A DNA stretch of 63,664 nt, counting the filler, from Vannella sp. (taxonomy: Eukaryota), in the NCBI GenBank assembly GCA_023345925.1. It is 5 parts of 5 records of this genome, joined end to end, with 100 filler letters (N's around TTAATTAATTAA, not from the genome) between each part and the next. Parts side by side here need not be neighbours in the genome. Positions count along the whole stretch, not along the records: positions 1 to 25,877 come from JAJQQN010000359.1; 4 more parts are not named here. One strand, written 5' to 3'. The first letter of the stretch is position 1; each line of letters starts with the position of its first letter. Below, piece by piece: positions 11,455 through 23,132 of this stretch. Under the pieces are notes generated by a model that did no database searches, was not told the DNA's origin, and worked only from the letters and a program-made list of their open reading frames with translations. The translations under genes were made by a program, and so were the position numbers.

Positions 11455-11570
11455 CTCACGGCAGAGGCGGGAGGAGGGCTCAATGAGAACAAAAAGACAA
11501 CAACGGGTATCCGTTGCGCACTCGCTAGTCCCTCTTCGAGCGCGTGGAGAGATTAGACAAAAGATTGGAT
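11455..11570 (-). pseudogene. Degenerate remnant of the U2AF1 5' end, co-duplicated with the ankyrin gene
   Basis: Minus-strand atccaatctttt...tacccgttgttg-tctttttgttctcattgagccctcctcccgcctct matches U2AF1 atccagtcttct...tacccgttgttg...tctcttttgtgctctctagacccacttccgcctct, at about the same offset from the ankyrin stop. Confidence 0.6.
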
Positions 11571-11655
11571 GATATCGCGACCACCAGGCTGACAAACAGC
11601 GAGAACACATTACAACATATATAACACACATACACATACACATACTAGGACCAGA

Positions 11656-12087
11656 TTATTGGGTAGGAGCATCTGGGAGGTGTCTGATGCATGGCCGCAT
11701 GAACGGCAAGTTGAGCCTCTTTTCTTTAGGGAACAGGGGAAGGAGATGTCTGTTGTCCTCTTCGGTGGCCCACTGCTTGGGGGATTTGTTCTCTGAGTCT
11801 AAGGCGTTGGTGTCTGCCCCGTAGAAGATGAGGATGGCAACTGTCTCTTTGTGTCCTTTCTTGACAGCCCAGTGGAGAGGTGTTTCGTTGAAGAAGTTTG
11901 GAGAGTCAACCGCCATACCAAGGCGGAGTAAAGCTACAACGAAGCGAGTGTCCTTCCTCAAAGCAGCGAAATGTAGTGGCGTGGTTCCATACTCTGAGCT
12001 TGAATGAATGTGTGGCGAGTACTTTGTCATATCCGCCTCCGAGAATGGCTTTTCCACCAAGAAACGAATCAGAGGGTTCCAACTCAT
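11656..12087 (-). CDS. Small ankyrin-repeat protein (paralog 2)
   Basis: Close copy of paralog 1 (GTTPLHFAALRKDTRF, NETPLHWAVK, ETVAILIFYGADTNALDS). Confidence 0.9.
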   Translation of the reverse strand: MSWNPLIRFLVEKPFSEADMTKYSPHIHSSSEYGTTPLHFAALRKDTRFVVALLRLGMAVDSPNFFNETPLHWAVKKGHKETVAILIFYGADTNALDSENKSPKQWATEEDNRHLLPLFPKEKRLNLPFMRPCIRHLPDAPTQ

Positions 12088-12825
12088 CAACGGGACACAA
12101 GCAAGTGTTCGTGTCAAGCAGAAGAGTTATTTCCGACATGGTTCAAGCGAGCTACTGCAGGGTTGGTGGGGGAAAAAATCCAAAACGGAGACATTTCTGT
12201 GAACGTGGCTGCAGTTGTCTCCCAATCATATCTCTCAGAAGCCGAAAGAGCTTGAGGAATGTGCAACCAAATGATGTTAGTGAATAAACACTTAATTATT
12301 GGTTGCTCATTCCAAGACCACTGATGTGAACCTCAAACCTGTTCTCTGTTTTTCGTAAACGATCCGCATGTGCGCAGTTAACTATTATTGAGAATATTTG
12401 AGAATATAACGTCCGTTCCCAAAGTTCAGATTTTCCTCGCTTTTCCTGTGGTGAGAGAAGTCGCGAGTGGCGAGGGCATTTCCCCTTGTTTCCAAAAAGT
12501 GAAAAAATGAAATCAGTCCAAAAGCTTATCCTGAAGAGATGGAGGTTATCAGGGCAAGCTACGCAAACACGAGTTCTGCCCCCTCTCTTCCCCTTCACTC
12601 GTGGATTTTCTCGGTGAGCTTCGTTGCCCTTCTCTTATCCAATTTTTTTAACTCTCCTAAAAGGTTCGTTGCGAAATACAAACACCTGTCATTGACGTAT
12701 CGACCCAAAAGTGTGAAAAATCAAAAATTTGTCCTAACCTGATGAGTCTTTCTCGCAAATGCATGCATTTCAAGAATAGCGTACGTTTCATTCTGTTTGC
12801 TAAGCCATTGGTGAAGATGGATAAC

Positions 12826-14043
12826 TCAAAGGGGTTGGATGAGAGTGGACATCCCTTTTTGGGTGTCCGATCCAAATGCTTGAATGAGCCAAATACCCGG
12901 CGGATAAGCGGCTACAGAATTTGCCACATTGCAAGTTCCAGGGGATAGAACCAAGGAGGGAACGATCTCCCCTTTCACTTGTATGTGTGGGCCGGTCCAG
13001 ATGATGTTGTGTTCTTCTTGTCCAAGATTACAGACATACCACCGAATCCTTTGGTCTTTAGGAATCACAAATGATGGCATATTTCCGTAGAGATAGCCGT
13101 TAATAGAGTACTTTCTGTTACTCTGCGACAGCTCCGCATAATCCAGAGTTATTGTCGAATTCAGGTGCTCTTGTATATTCTGTTCCAGGAAGTAACTTGC
13201 AGATTCATCGAACACTGAAGTAAGAAGGAACCCTTCCATACCAACATCTGTCGGAGAATCATTCTTCAAGGTTCCTTTTCTGTAGATGACTGCCATTCCC
13301 ACCAGGCCAGTATTGATGTCCCTCACACTATCTGCAGCGCTATAATATGGGAGTACAATGGAAGAGGGTTCTGTAGTTGGAGGCCCGTCTGCTTCTGTTA
13401 ACTCAAACACAAAGGTCCGGTTTTCACCAGTCTGTATCGTGTTATCAAGGGACCCATCAGCATAAGGCAGTCCTCCATTTGATTTGCTGAGAGAGAGACC
13501 ACTGATAAAGAAGGTAATGGGAATGGGAAGATCATTGAACACTGTCACTGAGAGTGTTTGTCCGACCTCCCCGCGGATGATGGGCCCCAGTAAGCCCTGA
13601 TACGCCTGGTTGGTGGTCCTATTGAGGGGAATCTTAAAGTCTTCATCTTCATAGCCCACAAACATGCCCTTAGTGTACTGAGAACCGATGCGATTGCCCC
13701 CTGCCGTGGCAAATTGTTCCTCGAAAGGAGTGAACGGTCGATCCTGCACTTTGTTGTAGCCCTCTGGACTGTAGTCCCAAACAGAAGAAGTAGCAAGTAT
13801 GTAGTAGCTGCGAGTACGCTCTGGGGGCCCTTGAGTCACGGGGATCAGGATGGCTATGAGGAGGAGGAGGGCGATGATGACAGCGCTGGCGATGAGAATG
13901 GCCGTCCTTCCACGTCTTGGTATTCCATTCCAATACTCCAATACACCATGATGAATCCCCCGCCTCTCTATGGCCTCCTCGACTAGACCCGGAACATCTT
14001 CTTCAATGGTGACCTCGAAAAGCTCTCCGGACCCCTCAGACAT
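12826..14043 (-). CDS. Type II membrane protein with two ceruloplasmin/hephaestin-like cupredoxin domains, copper ligands lost
   Basis: TM anchor ILIASAVIIALLLLIAILIPV; RSYYI..WDYSP, GLLGPIIRGEVG, RDINTGLVG, YSINGY, RIRWY, PGIWLI motifs; His/Cys ligand positions substituted. Confidence 0.85.
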   Translation of the reverse strand: MSEGSGELFEVTIEEDVPGLVEEAIERRGIHHGVLEYWNGIPRRGRTAILIASAVIIALLLLIAILIPVTQGPPERTRSYYILATSSVWDYSPEGYNKVQDRPFTPFEEQFATAGGNRIGSQYTKGMFVGYEDEDFKIPLNRTTNQAYQGLLGPIIRGEVGQTLSVTVFNDLPIPITFFISGLSLSKSNGGLPYADGSLDNTIQTGENRTFVFELTEADGPPTTEPSSIVLPYYSAADSVRDINTGLVGMAVIYRKGTLKNDSPTDVGMEGFLLTSVFDESASYFLEQNIQEHLNSTITLDYAELSQSNRKYSINGYLYGNMPSFVIPKDQRIRWYVCNLGQEEHNIIWTGPHIQVKGEIVPSLVLSPGTCNVANSVAAYPPGIWLIQAFGSDTQKGMSTLIQPL

Positions 14044-14702
14044 GAGTAAAATGGACCGAACGAATCCGATCCTGGGAACAAAGAAAATAATGTCGTTAAC
14101 GTTCCCGATATCTTTTTTCTGGAAACACTGCGAATTATGGCGTGGGTCATAATAATGACAAACTTATTGCGAATTGGTTTTAGGGAATACGAAAGTCCAC
14201 AAAGGTCTTCGGGCGGCCTCAAGTTCGCGGTAGAGCCACAGCCTTGTGGTTCGATACCAGCAGTTACGCTCGGTCTTCATAAGTCTGACCAGCAACTCAT
14301 TTCTTCACCATGCTCAGACTGAGACAGTCTGAGGGCAAGGTGCCGCCACTTCGAAGGAACGCCGTAGCTTGGGATCAGGAAGTCGAGGTGAATGACGCTT
14401 ATCTTTACACTCAAGGACTTCGTTCAAGTGGACTTGTACCTCACCCTCTTTGCGCCATCAAATCAATTATTCTCACCGTCTCCAGCAACTCTGGCCCGCC
14501 TTTACAAACAGAGAACACCGCTCATCTACCTCCCCACTAAACCTTCATTCCTCCCCAGAGGATCTCCTCCCCCTGTCAGGGGAAGTTGCTGTTTCATGTT
14601 TGCTGAAGTCTGTGGCCTTCTCCGGTCGACAAGGTCTTCCATACGAACAGAAAGTGATTTTGAGAGGCTCCGGACCGGTCACACTCTCTCGGGCTCGGGC
14701 TG

Positions 14703-16868
14703 ATGGCTGCTTTGAGCAATCGCCGTGTGTTTGAGTTCTCCATGGGCTTGGTGGCCGAGTATCTGGAGGCTAAAGGGGAGGGAGAGCTTGCGGAGCAAGT
14801 GAGGACACGGGCTGGTATGGCTTTCTCGTGGTTGAAGGACTTCTCTCTAACCTGACGGAAGCGGCCGCAAGTATCGACGACCCGGAGGGAGACTACTACC
14901 CCAATGCTGCTGAGATCACCACACTAGAACGTAGGAGACACTACGCCCTTCCATACTTCAACAGAACTTAACCTCAAGCCAACTAGGCCTCCTCGCCACC
15001 ACTGCGTTGACGGAATGCGCTCATGCAGAGCTCCCGGAGCAAGAGAAGAGTAGCAGCACTAGTGGAAGAAAGAGAGGGTAAGAACACACCCGGTATGACA
15101 CACACGAGCTCACTCTAAACCCTCTTCCAGAGGACGAATCGCCTTCAAACCCGCCAAAATCAGGGAAGTGGAGGATAAGTGGGTTGATGACATGGACGAG
15201 GGCTTCTCTATGGTCCCACTGCCTGGTCAGTAGCGCCATGGAGCTCTCAGCCCCCCTCTCACCGTTCATGTTGCAGAGGAAGCCCTTGGAGCCAAAGAAG
15301 AGACCGAGTACGAGGCGATGACTCTGCGACATGAAAGCTATGAGTTAGCCTCTGCTCCTCGAAGAGGCTCTGACCTGAACGAGGAGGTCCAAACACTTCT
15401 TCTGGGGAAGATCCAGCAGCTCAAAGCCTTCCCGTTGGAGCTGGAGGCGTTGATAGTCTCTCTTGGACTCTCTCTGAAAGAGGTCAAAGACGAGAAAGAG
15501 CTGGACGAGCTCCTACTGGACCACTTCTTGATGGAACTGGGAGCAGAAAGTGGTCTCCCACCCTCCGTCCCCGAGGATGGCATGGCACAAGCCACAGAGG
15601 ATGGCTTCAACTTCTTCTACTTGAAGATAGTGCAATTCAAGGGCCGTACAGGCTTCCAGGCGACCAAAGACTTCCCCATTGTCATTGGGGACATCGTGGC
15701 AGGGCGCTATCAGATCCAAGAGTACCTTGGCTCTGCTGCTTTCAGCACAGCTGTTCAATGCTACGACTTTGTGACCAACCGTTCCGTATGTCGATGCTGA
15801 GAAGGGCAGTGGCTGGGTACTTTGCTCATTAATGGGTGTTCAGGTTTGTTTGAAAGTGATTTCCAACAACAAGGACTTCTTTGACCAGAGTCTGGACGAG
15901 ATTAAGCTCCTCACAACCATCAAAAACGCATCCGGAGATGACTTGGACAAGTATAACCTTCTGCGTATCTTCGGTAAGTCACTTTCATCCACTTTAGAAG
16001 AGCCCAGCAGCTGAATGCATGGAAAAGACTACTTCTACTTTAAAGAGCATCTCTTCTTAGTCACAGAGCTGCTTCGTGACAACCTTTACGAGTTCAACCA
16101 GTACAATCGAGTGTCTGGGGACGAAATTTACTTCAATGTAGATCGTCTGAAGCGAGTGGCTCAACAGATCTTGGTGGCACTTGAATTCATCCATCAATTG
16201 GGTATTATCCACAGCGATCTGAAGCCAGAGAACATTCTCATCAAAAGCTACAGCCGCTGTTTGGTCAAAGTCATAGATCTCGGTTCCTCATGCTTTATCA
16301 GCGACCATCTCAGTTCCTACGTTCAGTCACGTTCATATCGAGCTCCTGAAGTCATCTTGGGTCTGCCCTACGGCCAGAAGATCGATTTGTGGTCGTTAGG
16401 GTGCATTCTAGCGGAACTCTTCACGGGCCAGGTACTCTTCGTCAATGACACTCTTGCCACTCTCTTAGCCAGAGTTGAGGCCATCATTGGACCTCTCCCT
16501 GACTTCATGCGAGAGGAGGGAGCCTATTACTCAAGGTACTATACTGATTCTGGCCAACTCTTTGACCGCCGACCCGAAGGGCCCGTGTAAGTGGGACTGT
16601 TCTACTCTCTGTGGTATTCTCCTGACTGTGTGGGTGCGTGTGTGTGGGTAGCATCCTGGAGACGAGATCTACCTCTCTTCGGCATCGACTAAAGTGCGAT
16701 GACGAGCTCTTCCTCGATCTGATGACCAAGCTCCTCAGCATTGACCCTGCTGAACGGTACGTCCACAAACAATCTTCATCTACCTCGCTTCTCACTCCTC
16801 TCAGGCCTACAGCGTCCGAGGCACTTCGACATCCTTGGTTCAAAGACGTTCTCTCGACGCACCCTTAA
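14703..16868 (+). CDS. DYRKP: DYRK-family kinase, DYRKP subfamily (multi-exon)
   Basis: LKIVQFKGRTGF..KDF..GRYQIQEYLGSAAFSTAVQC, NNKDFFDQSLDEIKLL, HSDLKPENIL, DLGSSC, SYVQSRSYRAPEVILG. Several short introns. 5' exon structure approximate. Confidence 0.85.
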
Positions 16869-16976
16869 CAGAGCCGACTCTAAGCCCTGGTAGTCTCTCC
16901 GCACAGTCTAAAGCTTCCGTTTCATCTCGCTTTGGAGGGCACCGGGGCCCTCTACGCTTCATTTCTTGTTGGCGCG

Positions 16977-19900
16977 ATGGCGGAGGGGCTGGGAAATGTC
17001 AAGATTAGCGTCTATCACCCTTCTGCAGCACTTGGGCTTGAGGTATGTTGTTGGAGGGTGCATGTGGGAGTGTCTCATTAAGAGAGGGGCGCAGACTTCG
17101 TTGAATTGGAGCGCTCACGAGCTGCAACCGTATGTCATCGAACTTAAGTCGGAGCGGGGGACGTGGCGGGTCCATCGCCACTTCCAGTCGATTAACAACT
17201 TGAACTTGGCGGTAGGTCGAGTACTAGCTGCCTCCAGGACACTAACGTGGGCAGGTTGGCGAATGGTTCCCCGGCAGGACGCTTCCTTCGTCTCGCCGCT
17301 TCTTTGGGAACCTGTTTAAGCTCGAATACGCAGAGACCGAAGCTGCAGAGATCCGAAGGTGAGCTGAGCTGAGCTACCCTTCAGCGAGGGATCCAGCGGC
17401 TCACTATCGGGAAGAGCCCAAGTCACCACTCACCTTAACGACCTCTACCAGCAGTGCCAGGAGGAGGGCCTTGATGTTCTACAAGTGGTATGCTCACCTA
17501 TAGATGCCAGAAGCCTTCTAACAGGGTCGCCAGGTGTCCAAATTCCTCACATGTGATCAGCTCTTCGAAGCTATCAAGTCTGGCGACGTCGCACAAGTGC
17601 GGAGCTTGTTAGAGGCACAAACCCAAACAGTCTGGGACACAGATTCAGTCCACCAGCGGTGTGCTCTTCACTATGTGGGCCAGTGCGCTCGCGAAGGACT
17701 GGGACAGAACCACCTGGAGGTCGCCAAAGTCCTTCTGGAGTTTGGCGCAAAGGTTACCCAGTTAGACGGCGAGTTCCAATCCCCGCTAATGGTCGCCTTG
17801 AGCCAGGATTCCCCCTCTGCCTGCAGCGCTCCCGTGGGCTTGTCTCAAGACTGGAGCGACCTCGTCACCTTGCTGATTGAGAAAGGCTCGAACTTGCTAG
17901 AGATAGCCAACGACGGAGACTGCTTGCTACACCGAGCGATTCACTACCCGGACATCCTCCAGTTGCTTAGTGAGCATGCGGACCGTATGAAGGACCACTT
18001 CAACAAGGCTGGTGTCACGCCATACACTCTGGCTTCTGAGGTTGCGAGCAAGGAGTCTCAGGCAGTCCTCAGGAATCTGGTGGGACTCTTCTTGTGGTCC
18101 ATTGGGTCCGTCTGACGGGTCCTTTCAGGGGGCGAGGAAGGAACAGGACTTTCAGGTGATTGCTGAGGCCTTGGAGGAGCAGGTCCAGCAAATCGACGCG
18201 TTCTTGGAGGAGTCCCGCAAGCGGGAGGACCGCAGAGAGGCGATTCACATTGTTCTTCGTCAGGCAGACCTTCAACTGCTTGATCAGCCCATGATTACCG
18301 CGAAGGTCGTCAACTGTACGTTCTCTAACGATGCTTTGCCTCGCTGACAGGGACTAGGTGCTCTCTTTATGTCCAATGAGATCCAAATGGATCGCGAGGA
18401 GATCTACGAGAAGCTCCGCCAGGCCTACGCGCGCGTGGCATTCATCCATCAGAGACAATTGAACCTTCCAGAGGCAACGGCTTTCACTGATTTGCTCCGC
18501 AAGAGGCGCCAGAAGATTCAGGAGATTCGGGGCAACACAGAATACTCGTTTAAGAACCTGAGTACCTCCAACGCTCTTGCCTGGATGAGCCAGCAGTATC
18601 AAGCTGTCATTGAGGGGGCTATTCAAGATGCCTTTGCCATGCTCTCTGCTCCTCCGTGCCTTTATGCAATTCTCTCTCTTGGCCCAATCTCCCGTCTTCA
18701 AGCTACACCTTCGGACCGAATCCAGTTTGCAGTTCTCCTAGCGGTAAGTTAGTTCCTGTTCATCAGATGAGACCTTTGACTGACTCCTGGTCTCAGGACC
18801 CAAACAATGAGACACTGGAATTCTTCCGCATCTTCTTGAAGATGTTTGAACTGAGCATTCTCGCCTTCCAAGAAGTAAGTTCCTCCCCTGGTCTGCATTG
18901 ACAGGCATTCTGAACCTTGAGAAGACTCCTTTCCAGATTCTAGAGTACAGCACTGTTAGCCCCATTGCTGAAGGGTTGCGGTTAGATTACGGAGGCAATG
19001 TGCCAGAGGAGTTATCGAAGCACACCCCATTGTCGTTTATTGGGAGTCCATTCCAATTGGCTCAATTGCAGGAACCCCGATTCTTCAAGGAGAATCCCAA
19101 TGCAGGAGCTGCCCTTTGGGAGTCCGCATTCCTTGTTGGTGACAAGAAGCTGTTTGACACATTCCGCTTGGAAATGGACCGCATTTTGGGACGGAAAGAG
19201 TTCCCACAATCTCGCAGTCTTCGACAGCAGCGCGGCGTGAACATGATTCGCAACGATGTCCAGGATTTCGTTCCAAAGCTGAACAGGGATATCAACACAG
19301 AAGAGTACGTATTCACTGGACCTTCCAGCTATTGTTGACCCCCAAATTAGTCGCTTTGAGCTGTACCGATATCTTGTGGGCTTCCCTGTTCGAGTGGTGA
19401 CTTGGCTGTGCTTGTATTACAAGATTGACATCACAGGCATCTCTCTATGGGAGAGAGTCGACCGCTTGGTAAGTGCCGATATCTTCTCAAAGCCAGGCGC
19501 TCGCAACCTGAAAGAGTGCCTTTCCACAATTATGGAGCTTTACATTCGCACTGGCGAGAAGAAGATCGTTTCCATTGCCGCTGCCAAACGGGACTACAAT
19601 CAATTGAACCCTCCTTACGATTCTGATGAAGACGAGGAGGAGGACCAGCAAGACGTTGGCAACCAGACTTCTTTTGAGGCGATGGAATTCCAAGGAGCGG
19701 GTAGTAAGACTAAGAAGGACAAAATGTACGTTCTTAGTGCCTCTGAGGTGGAGCAAATTGCTCAGTGCCACTGTGTCCTTCTACCACTGGCAGCCGCACT
19801 ACGAGACTGGCTCAACGAGGAGAATCGAGTGAATGAGAAGGCAAACTTGAAGGGAAGCAATCTTATGGACGAGTCCAACTGCGCAATGGCCGAAGCCTAC

Positions 19901-20995
19901 CTTCGTATGTGTCACTATGAGAGAGCCAAGTTCTACTTCCGTACAGCCATTCACGAAGATCCAACCAATTTCACAACCTTGAATGCTTTTGGAGTGATGT
20001 GGAACAAGCTTGGGAACTACGCAAAGGCTATCAAATACTACGAACGCGCAGTAGTGTTGATTGAAAGAGCCAGAGGTGCAGACGCGCCTCAACTTGCCAC
20101 TCAATTCAACAACTTGGCCATGGCGAACGTGAATCTGTCACGGAATCTGGAAGCGATTGGCTGGCTGGAGAAGGCTTTGCGCGTAGACGAGAAGGTGTAT
20201 GGAGAATCCCATTCCATTGTTGCTCGGGATTACCGGAACATTGGTCTGATGGCTTTAAAGGAGCAGCAATGGAAAAAGGCGGAAGATTATCTTCGTCGTG
20301 GTCTGAGCATTGACTCTTCCATCTACGGAGAAGTCTCACCCCAAGTTGCAGCCTACCACAATGACTTGGCACGTGTATTTGAGGGTCTTCAGGATTACGA
20401 AAAGGCGGCTGAATGCTACCACAAAGCACTTGAGGTTGATCGCCAGGTCTACACAGATGCCAGTCCTGTCATGGCTTCGCATCACCAAAACTTGGCCGCC
20501 CTTTACCTGTCACAGAATGAGGTTGATCTCTCGCTCGAGCACTTCCAGCACGCTTTAGACCTCTTCACAACGGTACACGGGGATGAACACCTCACTGTAG
20601 CAGCTACAATGTACAAATGCGGAACCATATTAGCTCAATTGGACCAGCTGGAGAAGGCATTAGACTGTCTCAAGAATGCTTACGAGTCTTTCAAGAAGCT
20701 GAAGGGGGCAACGGATGCTGAGACGATTGTGGCTTACAAGAAGATGAAAGAAGTGGAAGAGCTCCTCCAGGGAAAGCTCAGATATGGAGATGAGTACGAA
20801 AAATGGAAGCTCATGATGGAAGAGAAACGCCGTCGCGCTCAAGAAGAGCAGGAATCCAGCCGTGGCGAAATGGAGGTCGAAGATCGTGATTCAAGTGGGG
20901 ATGAAGGCGCTCCCAAACTTCTGAAAGTGTACGGTCCAGGTTCAGTTCAAAAGTGCAAGAAAGATGTCTTTGAAGATCAGTTCTTCGAGCTCTAA
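16977..20995 (+). CDS. Multi-domain protein: PX-like + ankyrin + DUF294-like nucleotidyltransferase fold + TPR array
   Basis: YVIELKSERGTWRVHRHF (PX-like); ankyrin repeats 17534-18075; PPCLYAILSLG...TP..IQFAVL, GLRLDYGGNVP, FIGSPFQLA and WERVDRL..IFS...NLK (NTase plus substrate-binding domain); kinesin-light-chain-type TPRs 19870-20760. ORFs are linked by short GT-AG introns. Confidence 0.8.
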
Positions 20996-21087
20996 TCCAG
21001 CACATCCACACCTGCCTGAAGGAAATACACTTCAATTGTTATTCAAAGGGCCAGAAAAGGATCCAAAAGCTTGCGTTTAATCAATTG

Positions 21088-23073
21088 TCAGTACCAAAGA
21101 GCAAAGGAAATAAGGGCTAACGCGGTGACATGAAGAGGGGACATCCCATTGGTCGATGCGTTTGACCTCTCGTTCCCGATGGGCCGCGCGTTATCTGCCT
21201 GCGGTGTTGACGTAGCGGATCGGGATTGAAGTGAAGAAGGTCCCGATGATGGAGGAAGGGAAGAGGAAGGAGGAGAGCGCAATGGAGTTGGTCTGCTGAG
21301 ATCCGAGGGGCGTTGGGAAGGAGAAAGAGCTGGCACACTCCTGGACCTGTCAGCATTCGATCTAGGACTCTGCACTTCTCCAAAACTTTCGCTTGGAGTG
21401 GCAGTTAAAGGAGTCGAACTGGCAGAATCTGTGATTGGAGGCGGAAGTGACAATGAAACTGGAGGAGAGACAGGCAGAGTTGATTCTGGCAAAAGAGATG
21501 GTCTCGGAGAAGGAGAAAGAGTGAGACCATCTGGGGAAACAGATTGCGAGCTGGATGGAAGGAGATTGGACACAGAAGGAGACACGGGGACAGCCAAAAC
21601 AGAAATCGCATCTGACGATGAAGGTGACAACAGAGCTGTCTGGAAAGTTCCGGTTTGTGTGGCAGAGGGAGGTGCATTTACAGAGACTACTTTTGTGTTC
21701 AATGTGGACATAGATAATGACAATGACCCACTTAAAGACCTCGAAGATGACCCACTTCCAGTTGCAGACGCAGTTGCAGACAAAGACACACTTTGGGATT
21801 CAGAGGGCGAAGAAAGAGAATTTGTGAGAGAGAGGCTGAGAGTGGGAGACGATGATCCTTGGCCAGTCACAGACAAAGTTGAACTTGGAGATTCACTTAC
21901 TGACACAGTTGGAGTGACAGATGCAGAAATAGATGCAGATGGAGATGCAGATCCATTTGCTGACAAAGACACACTCGGGGATTGAGAGGGTGAAGAACCA
22001 GAATCCCTGAGAGAGGCGCTGGGACTGAGAGACAATGACACTGAAGCAGTCGAAGTGACAGTTTGAGTCACAGAAAGAGTTCCGCTAACCGAGAAATTCT
22101 GAGAAACAGCGCCACTCTTGATACGAACCTCAACAGGATAATGGTCGCTCACTTCAAAAGCCTCCGTCTCGTTCAACCCCAAAGCCACTTGGAAATTGAA
22201 CGAATTTGCACTAGACACATTCAAGAAGACCAATGCAGAAGTCGTAGCAACAATGCGATCGTACGCAGTAGGATCTGTCGCACTTGAAGCCGTCGTTGTG
22301 TCGACATTCGGTCCAATAAGGGAAATATACTTTGCGTTCGTAAAGATCTCCAACTGGCCTTGTAGGGTGGCACTGAGAGTTGGAGAGTCAGCGTTAAAGT
22401 CACCAAGCATCAAGATCTTCTGTTCCATGAGGAGAAGGGAGACATTCCGTTGGACAGCGGGCAATGCGGAGAGCTCAATGAAGACGTCCGAAGGGGGTGT
22501 GTGGAGTCCAATGAGCGCAAACGTATAGTTAGCTATAATGAAGATGAGAGACGTCCCCATGGCACCTGAGAGAGAGCCCTACCATCCCCAAGAACGCTAA
22601 AATGGCCAACGAATGGGTCCCGATTGAAGTTATCGTCCACATCGGGGTAGGAGAGGGTCTGTAAGACTGAGAATAGACGTTTCTTGTAGATGTACGCATA
22701 CTGCTCGGTAGCTGGGGCAGTACGACCAACACGGGGACCCAAAGCCATCGAGTATTGGTTCTGGCTATCGCTTCTGTTGTTCACGAGCTCCAGAAGCGCG
22801 ATAGGCGCCGACCCTGTGATGTCTTTGATCTAAGTAAACCCCAGTTAGGTCACAAGCATGAGGGAACCACCAGAGAACGCTTACTTCCTGCAGTAAACAC
22901 AAATCATAGCGGAGGAGGACACTGACGAGCCTCTGCATGACCAGATCGTTACCAATCTTCGTACGACCCAAGATACGCAAGTTAAAGCTACCAACCAGCA
23001 GCTCCTCGCTCACTACGACGTGCACGAGGGCCGCCAGCGCCACCAAGGCGACCACCTTCCCCTCCCAGCGCAT
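21088..23073 (-). CDS. DNase I-family nuclease with Ser/Thr-rich stalk and C-terminal GPI-like signal
   Basis: Signal peptide; GSFNLRILG, YDLCLLQE|IKD, EQYAYIY, FNRDPF, GLHTPP, LGDFNAD, AYDRIV, VSDHYPVEV; ~300-aa S/T/P stalk; hydrophobic C-terminus with no cytosolic tail. Confidence 0.9.
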
Positions 23074-23132
23074 AAGGAATGATGCAATGGGGCCGTTTAT
23101 AGCCTCTCTCACGTACGGAAGAGGACAGGAGC

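Noticed and set aside
14205..14275. GGTTCGATACC resembling a tRNA T-loop
   Set aside because: Only 3 bp of T-stem, and no acceptor or anticodon arms can be built.
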